From assembly GCF_007714205.1 (NCBI RefSeq), contig NZ_VMQU01000028.1, positions 1 through 32,000 of the forward strand: DNA of 32,000 nucleotides, read 5' to 3'. Position numbers and translations under genes: made by a program. Of this stretch, positions 24,515 to 32,000 are shown piece by piece (position 1 is the stretch's first letter; every line of letters starts with the position of its first letter). This DNA comes from Mycobacterium helveticum (GTDB lineage Bacteria > Actinomycetota > Actinomycetes > Mycobacteriales > Mycobacteriaceae). Below the pieces are notes generated by a model, which searched no databases, was not told the origin of the DNA, and worked only from the letters and a program-made list of their open reading frames with translations.

Positions 24515-24803
24515 GCAGCAGCGAGGCCACCCCGATGACGTAGATCGGCCGCCGGGCGGTGATCCTGGTGCCGATCGGCCGCTGCAGTATCCGCTGGCGC
24601 CGAACCGCGATGCAGTAGGTGAGCAACGCCACCGCACCGGCCAGCACCGCCGGGATCACCCCCGCCGGCCCGAGCGGGCCGTGCAAATTCCTGATCATCA
24701 GCAGCGCGCCGTTGACCAGGAACGCGAACGAGGTGCGCGACCAGGACAGCGCCGTCCGCTCCGCCTGAAGCCCGCGGTCGGAGGGGGCCGGTGCGTCACT
24801 CAA
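24477..24803 (-). CDS. DUF202 (YidH-like) membrane protein
   Basis: [17 protein letters not shown] motif. TTG 24803 overlaps the upstream stop (TTGA). There is a 38-nt convergent overlap with the channel gene. Confidence 0.75.
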   Translation of the reverse strand: MSDAPAPSDRGLQAERTALSWSRTSFAFLVNGALLMIRNLHGPLGPAGVIPAVLAGAVALLTYCIAVRRQRILQRPIGTRITARRPIYVIGVASLLLIVVTTIGQLLR

Positions 24804-25174
24804 GCCAGTACCGCCTTGGCGATGACCAGCCCGAGCGCGACGAGCCCGACCAGGCTGAGGCCCACCGCGAGGTACATCGGCGAGGGGTGACGGGGCAAGG
24901 GGTCGCCGTGGCGCATGGCCCGGTCCGCTTGCTGCCAGCGCAGCAACCCCATGCCGCTGGTGAGGATGGCCAGCACCGCGAGGCCCACGCCCAGCCCGCG
25001 GCGTGCGCCGGGAACGGTCAGCTCCGGAACCAGTTGCACCAGTGCGACGGCGGCGGCGAGTAACCCCAGTGCGGTCCGCTGCCAGGCCAGGAACGTCCGT
25101 TCGTTGGCGAAGGTGAACCGGTAGTCGGGTTCTTCCCGTCCGGCGCTGTCGGCGTCATCGGCCACGAGGCACAT
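24800..25174 (-). CDS. DUF202 (YidH-like) membrane protein
   Basis: [18 protein letters not shown] motif and three hydrophobic helices. ATG 25174. Confidence 0.8.
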   Translation of the reverse strand: MCLVADDADSAGREEPDYRFTFANERTFLAWQRTALGLLAAAVALVQLVPELTVPGARRGLGVGLAVLAILTSGMGLLRWQQADRAMRHGDPLPRHPSPMYLAVGLSLVGLVALGLVIAKAVLA

Positions 25175-25180
25175 CGTAGA

Positions 25181-25876
25181 TTGGTGCCCGTGGTGCGGGC
25201 GTTGCTGTTCGACGTGCAGGGAACGGCGACGGATTTCTTTTCCACGCTCTGCGAGGAGGCGCGGCGGATCAGCCCCGCCCCGGGCGTCGACTGGCCGGAC
25301 GTGGTGCGCCGATGGCGCGCCGGCTACTTTGCCGCCCTAAAGGACGCGCGTGCTCACCACAACGGGTGGCTGTCGGTGCACTCGGTGTATCGCGGCGCTC
25401 TCGACGATGTGCTGGAGGACGGCGTTCTGTCGGTTGCCCAGCGCGACGAGCTCACGCTGGCCTGGCAGCGCCTGCGGCCGTGGCCGGACGTGGTGCCCGG
25501 GCTGACGCGGCTGAAGACCGCGTTCACGTTGGCGACGCTGTCGAACACCGACGTGTCGGCGCTGGTCAACATCTCCAAGCGGGCCGGGCTGCCCTGGGAT
25601 GCGGTCTTCGCCGCGGAGATGGCCGGGGTGTTCAAACCCGACCCGGCGATCTACCGCATGGCCGGCACCTATCTGGGGCTCGAACCGGCCGAGATCATGA
25701 TGGTGGCGAGCCACAAGTACGACCTGCGCGCCGCGGCGGCTCTGGGGTTCGGCACCGCATTTGTCGCGCGACCGCTGGAATTCGGGCCCGGCGGGGCAGC
25801 CGACGTGGCCTACTCCGCGGAGTTCGACGTCAACGCCTCCGACTTCCTCGACCTCGCCGAGCAACTCGGCTGCTGA
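25181..25876 (+). CDS. HAD-superfamily hydrolase, haloacid dehalogenase type II-like
   Basis: ALLFDVQGT (DxxGT motif I), LATLSN (motif II) and FKPDP. The start is uncertain among TTG 25181 and GTG 25184, 25190 and 25193. Confidence 0.85.
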   Translation: MVPVVRALLFDVQGTATDFFSTLCEEARRISPAPGVDWPDVVRRWRAGYFAALKDARAHHNGWLSVHSVYRGALDDVLEDGVLSVAQRDELTLAWQRLRPWPDVVPGLTRLKTAFTLATLSNTDVSALVNISKRAGLPWDAVFAAEMAGVFKPDPAIYRMAGTYLGLEPAEIMMVASHKYDLRAAAALGFGTAFVARPLEFGPGGAADVAYSAEFDVNASDFLDLAEQLGC

Positions 25877-25881
25877 ACGTT

Positions 25882-26385
25882 TCAGCGGTGCACGGACCCG
25901 GTGAGCGATTGGCCGTCGGCGCCCTGCAGCAGGCAGATGACGGTGCTGGGGGTGGGGTCGGCGCCGGTGCGGTCCTGGTTGGAGTCGATCAGGTAGGTGA
26001 TGGTGTAGGGCCCGCCGTCGCCGGGCCGGCCGGTGTACGGCCCGAGTCCGGCGGCGCAGTCCCGGTTGGCGACGGTGGCGACGGCACTGTCGACGGCCAT
26101 CGGGGCCCTCAGGTAGACCTCGGCCAGATGCGCCGTGCCGCAGTCGACGACGGTGACGGTCACCCGGCTCAGGTCAGCCGGCGGCAGGTCGGACACGCAG
26201 TCGCCGACCTCGAGGTCGATCCACTTCTCGGTCCGCGAGCCGTGCGGCGGCGGGGCCGCGGTGACCATCTCGGCGGCCGGAGCGGGCGGTGGTGCGGCCG
26301 TCGGGCGGGCCTGGACGCCGTTCGTGGCGCAGGCCGTCAGGGTCGTGGCTGCGGCCAGTCCGCACACCGCATGCAGGCTTCGCAC
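25882..26385 (-). CDS. Lipoprotein with a septum-formation-like domain
   Basis: Signal peptide with lipobox LTAC ([19 protein letters not shown]), a Pro-rich linker, and a GDC...[11 protein letters not shown]...C..C pattern. Confidence 0.8.
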   Translation of the reverse strand: MRSLHAVCGLAAATTLTACATNGVQARPTAAPPPAPAAEMVTAAPPPHGSRTEKWIDLEVGDCVSDLPPADLSRVTVTVVDCGTAHLAEVYLRAPMAVDSAVATVANRDCAAGLGPYTGRPGDGGPYTITYLIDSNQDRTGADPTPSTVICLLQGADGQSLTGSVHR

Positions 26386-26513
26386 GCCGTGCAGTGTAGG
26401 TCAGGTGAAGGCGCAGGGCCCGGTGTTTGTCGGCGCCCGATCCGGCTTTGTCGACGACATCGACAGCAGGCCGCGCACGCAGCGCGCGGCGACCAGCCAG
26501 TTCACCGGCCACT

Positions 26514-26914
26514 TCATGTCCAGCCCCCCGGCAGCTGTCTGACCATGGTCGGCGTGTCGAAGTAAATGCGTTCGCAGACAAGCGTTTCGGACTCGTCGAA
26601 AACGAGATAGGCGGTCATGCGCACCCGGAACCTGCCGTCGGTCGGCGGAACCTTGCCCAGGTGGCCGCGATGGGTACCCGTCAGCCAGAACTCGACGACC
26701 ACCGCGTCGGCGCTGTGCCGTAGCGCGGTGATCCCGGGAAACGCGGTGCGGGTGTCGGCGGAGTAGGCGCGCACCGCCCGTCGCCGTCGTGGACGACCAG
26801 TTGCGGGAGCAGCTCGTAGCGCGGATGCGGGAACGTCGACAGCACGTCGTCCCGGGCATAACGGACCTCGTCGCGGAAGTGGTCGAGCACGAATTTCTGG
26901 CGCGCGGCCCGCAC
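26514..26914 (-). pseudogene. SnoaL-like/ester-cyclase (NTF2-fold) gene interrupted by a frameshift
   Basis: The N-terminal half VRAARQKFVLDHFRDEVRYARDDVLSTFPHPRYELLPQLVVHDGDG (GTG 26914) and the C-terminal half AVRAYSADTRTAFPGITALRHSADAVVVEFWLTGTHRGHLGKVPPTDGRFRVRMTAYLVFDE...ERIYFD lie in different frames. They join near 26774-26782. Confidence 0.65.
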
Positions 26915-26948
26915 CTCGGGCGCGGGGAACGCGGGGCTGCTCGCGCAG

Positions 26949-27803
26949 TCAGGGTGACGGCTCGAGCGGCGGGCCGACGATCGCCCGGCTGTGCTCTCCG
27001 TGCACGCCGACCGGCACATCACCCATCAAGGAGACGCGGTGCAGGAGCCGCTGCTGGCCGTCGTAGTCGGCCACGGCGCGGTGCTGGGTCGCCCGGTTGT
27101 CCCAGATCGCCACGTCGCCCGGTTGCCAGTCCCAGCGAATACTGTTCTCGGGCAGCGTAATTCGCCGCTGCATCAACTCCAGCAGCACGTTCGACTCGTG
27201 ATCGTCGAGGCCGACGAGGCCGCGTGCGAAGCTGCCCGCCACCAGGGTGCGTTCACCGGTGTCCGGGTGGACCCGCACCAGCGGATGCTCGGTGTGATAC
27301 TCCGGCTTGCCGGTTCGGTTGGTGTGCACCACCCACAGGTCCCCGGCGAGCCGCCTGAGCGGTTCGGGCAGTGCCGCGTACGCCGCCGCGGTGCAGGTCC
27401 ACAGCGTCGACCCCCCGTACGGGGGCATGGTGACCGCGCGCAGCATCTCCACCCCGGGGTAGTTCGTGGCGAACGTGAGGTCGCTGTGCCAGCGGTTGTC
27501 GTAGCCGTACCGGGAGTCGACCCGATGAACGAGCGGCGCATTCCGCAGCGGGTAATACCCCGTCGACGGGTGGCCGGCCAGCATGAACGACAGGGGATCG
27601 CCCAGCAGTCGGGCGAACGCGACCTGACCGGCGTCGTCGAGGTGGTCCTGGCCGCGGAAGAAGATCACCTTGTGTTCCAGCAGGGCGCGGTAGATCTGCT
27701 CGGCCATCTCCGCCCCGAGGTCACCGCCGAGGCGCACGCCCTCGATGCAGAGGCCGATGTGGCTGCTCAGCTTCCTCACGGTCGGCGGCGTCGTTGCGGG
27801 CAT
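26949..27803 (-). CDS. TauD/TfdA-family Fe(II)/2-oxoglutarate dioxygenase (alkyl-sulfatase AtsK/Rv3406-like)
   Basis: WHSDLTF (HxD iron ligands), TLW, and [10 protein letters not shown] near the C-terminus. The N-terminus resembles M. tuberculosis Rv3406 as I recall it. Confidence 0.85.
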   Translation of the reverse strand: MPATTPPTVRKLSSHIGLCIEGVRLGGDLGAEMAEQIYRALLEHKVIFFRGQDHLDDAGQVAFARLLGDPLSFMLAGHPSTGYYPLRNAPLVHRVDSRYGYDNRWHSDLTFATNYPGVEMLRAVTMPPYGGSTLWTCTAAAYAALPEPLRRLAGDLWVVHTNRTGKPEYHTEHPLVRVHPDTGERTLVAGSFARGLVGLDDHESNVLLELMQRRITLPENSIRWDWQPGDVAIWDNRATQHRAVADYDGQQRLLHRVSLMGDVPVGVHGEHSRAIVGPPLEPSP

Positions 27804-27833
27804 GGCCTCCGAGCCTATAGCCGGGGCGGGTCG

Positions 27834-29129
27834 TCACCTCGGGGGAGTCCAGGCCACGGGCAGGTTCTTGATGCCGTGGATGAACTGCGACAGCAGGCGC
27901 GCGGGTTCGTCCGTCGCCACGATGTCGGGTATCTCGCGGCGCAACTCGTCGAAGACCACCCTGATCTCGCGGCGGGCCAGGTTGGCGCCCAGGCAGAAGT
28001 GCGCGCCGCCGCCGCCGAACCCGAGGTGCGGGTTGGGGGTGCGCGCCACGTCGAACAGCCAGGGGTTGCCGAACGTGGACTCGTCGCGATTGGCCGAGTT
28101 GTACCACAGCGCGACCTTGTCGCCTTCCTTCATCTTGGTGCCGCGCAGCTTGTAGTCGCGGGTCAGGGTGCGCCGCATGTAGACCACCGGCGAGGCCCAG
28201 CGCACGATCTCCTCGACGGCGGTGGGTGTGAGGCGGTCGAAGTCGGCCCACCACCGGTCGCGCTCGGCGGGGTAGCGGGACAGGGCCGCCACCCCGTGGC
28301 TGATCGCGTTGCGCGTCGTCTCGTTGCCCGCCACCACCAACAGGATGAAGAACGACGCGATCTCGGCCGACGTCAGCCGTTCGCCGTCGACCTCGGCCTC
28401 CACCAGGCTCGTCGTGAGGTCGTCGTGGGGGTTGGCGCGGCGGTCCTCGGCCAGCGCGCTGGCGTAGGCGCCGATGTCCATCGAAACCCGGAGAAACTCG
28501 TCGAAGTCGGTGGACAGATCGGGGTCGCCGAACCCGAGAATGACGTTGGTCCAGTGGAAGACCCGCTGGTGGTCTTCCTCGGGGATGCCCATCATGTCGC
28601 AGATCACCTGCAACGGCAGGGGCCCGGCGAGTTCGGTGACCAGCTCGGCCTGCCCGTCCGGATGGTCGGCGATCAGCGCGGCAACCAGCCGGCGGGCCCG
28701 CTCGCGCACCGACGCCTCGATGCGCGCCACCACTTTCGGGGTGAAGGCCCGGCTCACGATCGAACGCAGCCGCTGATGCCGCGGATCGTCGAGCACGATC
28801 ATCGAGCCGAAGTATTCGGAGATCTCCGGCAACTGGTCGCCGATCGTGATGCCGCCCGCCGAGCTGAAGATCTCCGGATGGCGGCTGGCGAAATGAACGT
28901 CGTCGTGCCTGGTCAGCGCCCAGTACCCGCTACCCCCCTCGAACCCCTCGTACTCGATCGCGGGCCAGAACGAGATCGGGTCCTCGCGGCGCAGGGTAGC
29001 GAAGGCGCCGTCGCGGAAGTCGTCGTCGCGGCCCCAGAACTCCAGCGACTGGAGATGAATGTCGGCCAATGGGATCTCGGGCGGCGGCGCCCCGTTCGCA
29101 CGCGTCGCGATGCCCGTCTCGAGGCTCAC
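27834..29129 (-). CDS. cyp124: Cytochrome P450, CYP124-like (methyl-branched lipid omega-hydroxylase family)
   Basis: Heme loop FGGGGAHFCLGANLARREI, plus ETTRN. It is close to colinear with M. tuberculosis CYP124 as I recall it. GTG 29129 sits 6 nt after AAGGAG, whereas the track ATG 29135 directly abuts that SD. Confidence 0.85.
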   Translation of the reverse strand: MSLETGIATRANGAPPPEIPLADIHLQSLEFWGRDDDFRDGAFATLRREDPISFWPAIEYEGFEGGSGYWALTRHDDVHFASRHPEIFSSAGGITIGDQLPEISEYFGSMIVLDDPRHQRLRSIVSRAFTPKVVARIEASVRERARRLVAALIADHPDGQAELVTELAGPLPLQVICDMMGIPEEDHQRVFHWTNVILGFGDPDLSTDFDEFLRVSMDIGAYASALAEDRRANPHDDLTTSLVEAEVDGERLTSAEIASFFILLVVAGNETTRNAISHGVAALSRYPAERDRWWADFDRLTPTAVEEIVRWASPVVYMRRTLTRDYKLRGTKMKEGDKVALWYNSANRDESTFGNPWLFDVARTPNPHLGFGGGGAHFCLGANLARREIRVVFDELRREIPDIVATDEPARLLSQFIHGIKNLPVAWTPPR

Positions 29130-29374
29130 CTGCATCTCCTTCGCCGTTGAAGTGGTGGGGGAGAGCCTAATCCGTTCGAACCGCCGGCGGGAGTGTTACG
29201 TGCGCCCGGCGCGGTCAGTGCGTGCCGACGGTCCTGCCGCCCGCCGACTGTGCGTCGCTCACCACGTTGCGGTCGAGCAGGATCCGGCAGTGCATCGGTC
29301 CGGGCCCCTGCGCGCTCAGGACGAGCACCTCGCCGCCGAAGCCCCTGAACTGGGTCGACCAGGGCAGTGCGGCG

Positions 29375-30565
29375 TCAGCGTCGGGCGGCGGCGCCGAGCA
29401 GCACCACGGCGAACACCGCGCCGACCGAACCGGAGATCAGCAACGGCAGCCGGCCGTCGGCGCCCCACAGGTAGCCGGCCCACAGTCCCGCCGCGAGCAC
29501 CGCGAACCCGCTGAGGCCCTGGAACAGCCCCTGGGCGTTGGACTGCAGCCCACCCCCGACAAGCGTTGAGATCCATGCCTTCCCGACCCCGTCGTAGCAG
29601 GCGGTGAACAACCCGTACACGACGATCAGACCCCACGCGGTCGCCGGGTCCGTGGTGATGCCCAGACCCAGATAGCCGACGGCGAAGAACACCAGCCCCA
29701 CCCCGTAGGTCACCGGCCGGCCGAAGCGGTCCGCGAGCACACCGGCCGGCAAGCTTGCCAGCGCGTACACCGCGTTGTAGCCGACGTAGGCCAAGATGAC
29801 ACCGACGACCGAAAAGCCGATCTCCTTCAGCCGCAACAACAACAGCGCGTCGGGGAAGTTGACGACGCTGAACGCGACCAGGAACCAGACCACTTCCCAG
29901 TAGCGGCCGGGCAGCTGCCGCGCGCCGGCGAAGATCGAGTGCCGGACCGCGCGCGCCACGTCCCGCGGTCGTTCGCGCACCCAGGCGATCAGCAGGACGC
30001 TGAGCACCGCGGGGACCACCGCCAGGTAGAGCACCGGGCCGATCCGGTGGTCGAACAGCTCATAGCCGGCCAGGCCGAGCAGCGGACCGATGACCGCGCC
30101 GAGCGTGTCCATCGTCCGGTGAAACCCGAACACCCGCCCGCGCTGGGCCGGCTCGATGCCGTCGACCAGGAGGGCGTCGCGCACCGCGCCGCGCAGCCCC
30201 TTGCCCAACCGGTCGACCACCCGCCCGACCAGCACCCCGGGCCACGCCCCGGCGGCCGCGACGATGAGCTTGCCCAACGCCGCCATGCCGTAACCGGTCG
30301 CGATCAGGGGGCGGCGGGCGAACCGGTCGCCCAGCGGACCGGACACGACCTTGGTGAGCGACGCCGCGCCCTCCGCCGCGCCCTCCACCGCCCCGACCAC
30401 CGACGGCGGCGCACCCAGCACGGTCGTCAGATAGATCGGCAACAGCGGGTAGAGCAGCTCGCTGGCAGAGTCTTGCAGCAGCGACACCAGCGACAGCACC
30501 CACACGTTCTTGGTGAGCCAGGCCGGCTTCGTCGCCCGTTGCACGTGCCAGATGCTAGCTGTCAC
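29375..30565 (-). CDS. MFS transporter
   Basis: About 12 hydrophobic helices and a GPLGDRFARRP-type MFS loop motif. The start is GTG 30565 or 30544. The 5' part of track ORF 29375..30640 is not membrane-like. Confidence 0.85.
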   Translation of the reverse strand: MTASIWHVQRATKPAWLTKNVWVLSLVSLLQDSASELLYPLLPIYLTTVLGAPPSVVGAVEGAAEGAASLTKVVSGPLGDRFARRPLIATGYGMAALGKLIVAAAGAWPGVLVGRVVDRLGKGLRGAVRDALLVDGIEPAQRGRVFGFHRTMDTLGAVIGPLLGLAGYELFDHRIGPVLYLAVVPAVLSVLLIAWVRERPRDVARAVRHSIFAGARQLPGRYWEVVWFLVAFSVVNFPDALLLLRLKEIGFSVVGVILAYVGYNAVYALASLPAGVLADRFGRPVTYGVGLVFFAVGYLGLGITTDPATAWGLIVVYGLFTACYDGVGKAWISTLVGGGLQSNAQGLFQGLSGFAVLAAGLWAGYLWGADGRLPLLISGSVGAVFAVVLLGAAARR

Positions 30566-30621
30566 CGGTGCCGCGCGCTTAGTGTGTGAAGCCGGGCAGG
30601 GGCCGTGACAGGAAGGTGAAC

Positions 30622-31707
30622 ATGTCGGAGCGCGGGTCAAAGCGTGTGGTGGTTTGGGGCACCGGGTTCGTCGGCAAGATGGTGATCGCCGAGATCGTCA
30701 AACACCCGGCGTTCGAGTTGGTGGGCGTCGGCGTCAGCAACCCCGACAAGGTCGGGCGCGACGTCGGCGAGATCTGTGGGTTGCCCGAGCCGGTCGGCGT
30801 CGTCGCCACCGACGACGTCGACGCCCTGATCGGCCTCAAACCCGACGCGCTGGTGCACTACGGCCCGACGGCGATGCACGCCAAGGACAACATCGCGCTG
30901 ATTACCCGGTTCCTGCGGGCCGGCATCGACGTGTGCTCGACCGCGATGACCCCGTGGGTCTGGCCGAGCATGTCGCTGAACCCGCCGCAGTGGATCGAGC
31001 CGATCACGCAGGCCTGCGAGCTGGGTGGGTCGTCGTGCTTCACCACCGGCATCGACCCCGGGTTCGCCAACGACCTGTTCCCCATGACGCTGATGGGCCT
31101 GTGCTCCGAGGTGCGGCGGGTGCGCGCCTCAGAACTGCTCGATTACACCAACTACGAAGGCGACTACGAAGTCGAGATGGGCATCGGCCGCGAGCCCGAA
31201 TACAGCCCGATGCTGGAGAACCCCGACGTGCTGATCTTCGCGTGGGGCGCCACCGTCCCGATGATCGCGCACGCCGCCGGCATCATGCTCGACGAGATGA
31301 CCACCACCTGGGACAAGTGGGTGACCCCGACCGAGCGCACCACGATCAAGGGCGTCATCAAACCCGGGCACGTCGCCGCCGTGCGATTCACCATCAACGG
31401 AATCTATAAGGGCGAGAAGAGGATTCAGCTCGAACACGTCAATCGCATCGGCCGCGACGCCGCCCCGGACTGGCCGTCCGGTCACGACGACGACGTTTAC
31501 CGGGTGGACATCGAGGGGACGCCGAGCATCTTCCAGGAGACGGCGTTCCGGTTCACCGACGGTTCGGGCCGGGACGCGGCCACGGCCGGTTGCCTGGCCA
31601 CCGGGATGCGGGCCCTGCACGCGGTTCCCGCGGTCAACGAGTTGCGGCCGGGCTGGGTCACGCCGCTGGACCTGCCGCTGATCGCGGGGGTCGGGAACAT
31701 TCGCTGA
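30622..31707 (+). CDS. NAD(P)-binding dihydrodipicolinate-reductase-like / amine-dehydrogenase-family protein
   Basis: ATG 30622 is preceded by GGAAGG. The Rossmann start is RVVVWGTGFVGKMV. Overall it resembles DapB-N-domain family proteins. Confidence 0.8.
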   Translation: MSERGSKRVVVWGTGFVGKMVIAEIVKHPAFELVGVGVSNPDKVGRDVGEICGLPEPVGVVATDDVDALIGLKPDALVHYGPTAMHAKDNIALITRFLRAGIDVCSTAMTPWVWPSMSLNPPQWIEPITQACELGGSSCFTTGIDPGFANDLFPMTLMGLCSEVRRVRASELLDYTNYEGDYEVEMGIGREPEYSPMLENPDVLIFAWGATVPMIAHAAGIMLDEMTTTWDKWVTPTERTTIKGVIKPGHVAAVRFTINGIYKGEKRIQLEHVNRIGRDAAPDWPSGHDDDVYRVDIEGTPSIFQETAFRFTDGSGRDAATAGCLATGMRALHAVPAVNELRPGWVTPLDLPLIAGVGNIR

Positions 31708-31869
31708 CTCCCCGCGCGTAACACAGCTCACGCATCGCGGGCGCCCGGACAGGCGACATGTTCCGGCGGCACAATCACGCTCAGCGCCGGACGAGGGGGC
31801 GTGTTGTCGATCGGCGCGACCATACTCTCGGCGGCGCGATTGGAAAGCCTTTGCGGTGCAGCGCGTTTC

Positions 31870-32000
31870 TCAGGCCGGCTTCGGGTAGCTCACGCCCGTC
31901 AGCCGTTCGGACAGCTCCCACAGCCGTCGGCAGTCGGCGTCGGCGCGGGCGCGGGCGGGGACGTGGGCCGGCTTCACGCCGCCGCCGGCGGCCTCCAGGA
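31870..32000 (-). CDS. C-terminal end of an SDR-type oxidoreductase (partial; 5' end lies outside the window)
   Basis: My own translation of the minus strand gives ...LEAAGGGVKPAHVPARARADADCRRLWELSERLTGVSYPKPA* with nearly all codon-3 G/C. RLWELSE.LTGV is a typical retinol-dehydrogenase-like SDR tail. It is too short to appear in the ORF track. Confidence 0.5.
   Translation of the reverse strand, partial: LEAAGGGVKPAHVPARARADADCRRLWELSERLTGVSYPKPA

Noticed and set aside
29215-29328. Coding-like stretch on the minus strand between the MFS and P450 genes (...FRGFGGEVLVLSAQGPGPMHCRILLDRNVVSDAQSAGGRTVGTH*) with nearly all codon-3 G/C.
   Set aside because: An in-frame stop lies just upstream. 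Only a 37-codon GTG ORF without a good SD remains, and the upstream part overlaps the MFS C-terminus. It is probably a relic of an older gene, with too little to call.

Overview
High-GC actinobacterial chromosome segment with Mycobacterium-like gene content: a membrane-anchored Hanks Ser/Thr kinase, a cutinase, VapBC modules of the M. tuberculosis PIN family, a CYP124-like P450 and an LTAC-lipobox lipoprotein. I support about 40 protein-coding genes or gene relics. I found no rRNA, tRNA, transposase, integrase or CRISPR array. Many long ORFs in the track are antisense shadow ORFs typical of GC-rich DNA and were discarded. The left ~8.5 kb looks accessory. It holds the tail of a DUF3427-type protein, an HNH endonuclease divergently paired with a MazG-like NTP pyrophosphatase, a Ser/Thr kinase and a PD-(D/E)XK-like protein. 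It also holds a 186-nt relic copy of the 3' end of a nearby oxidoreductase gene, two intact vapBC modules and one decayed vapBC module. The remainder is mostly metabolic or envelope genes: an ATP-grasp/serine-hydrolase operon, SMP-30, SDRs, a PhtD-like decarboxylase operon under a divergent XRE-cupin regulator, cutinase, peptidoglycan amidase, amiE, a K+ channel, a DUF202 pair, HAD, a cyp124-TauD operon, MFS. The most unusual sequence-level signals are three. First, a repeat-built ORF at 18597-19061 (minus) has a 36-bp x5 tandem array encoding (SVGTAG)-type hexads, followed by twelve consecutive x-Cys-Val triplets. Second, a non-coding 14-bp x5 tandem array lies between amiE and the K+ channel gene. 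Third, the nuclease/helicase/pyrophosphatase cluster at the left edge matches no named system I know. All functional calls rest on motif recognition by eye and recalled family features. No database search was run.
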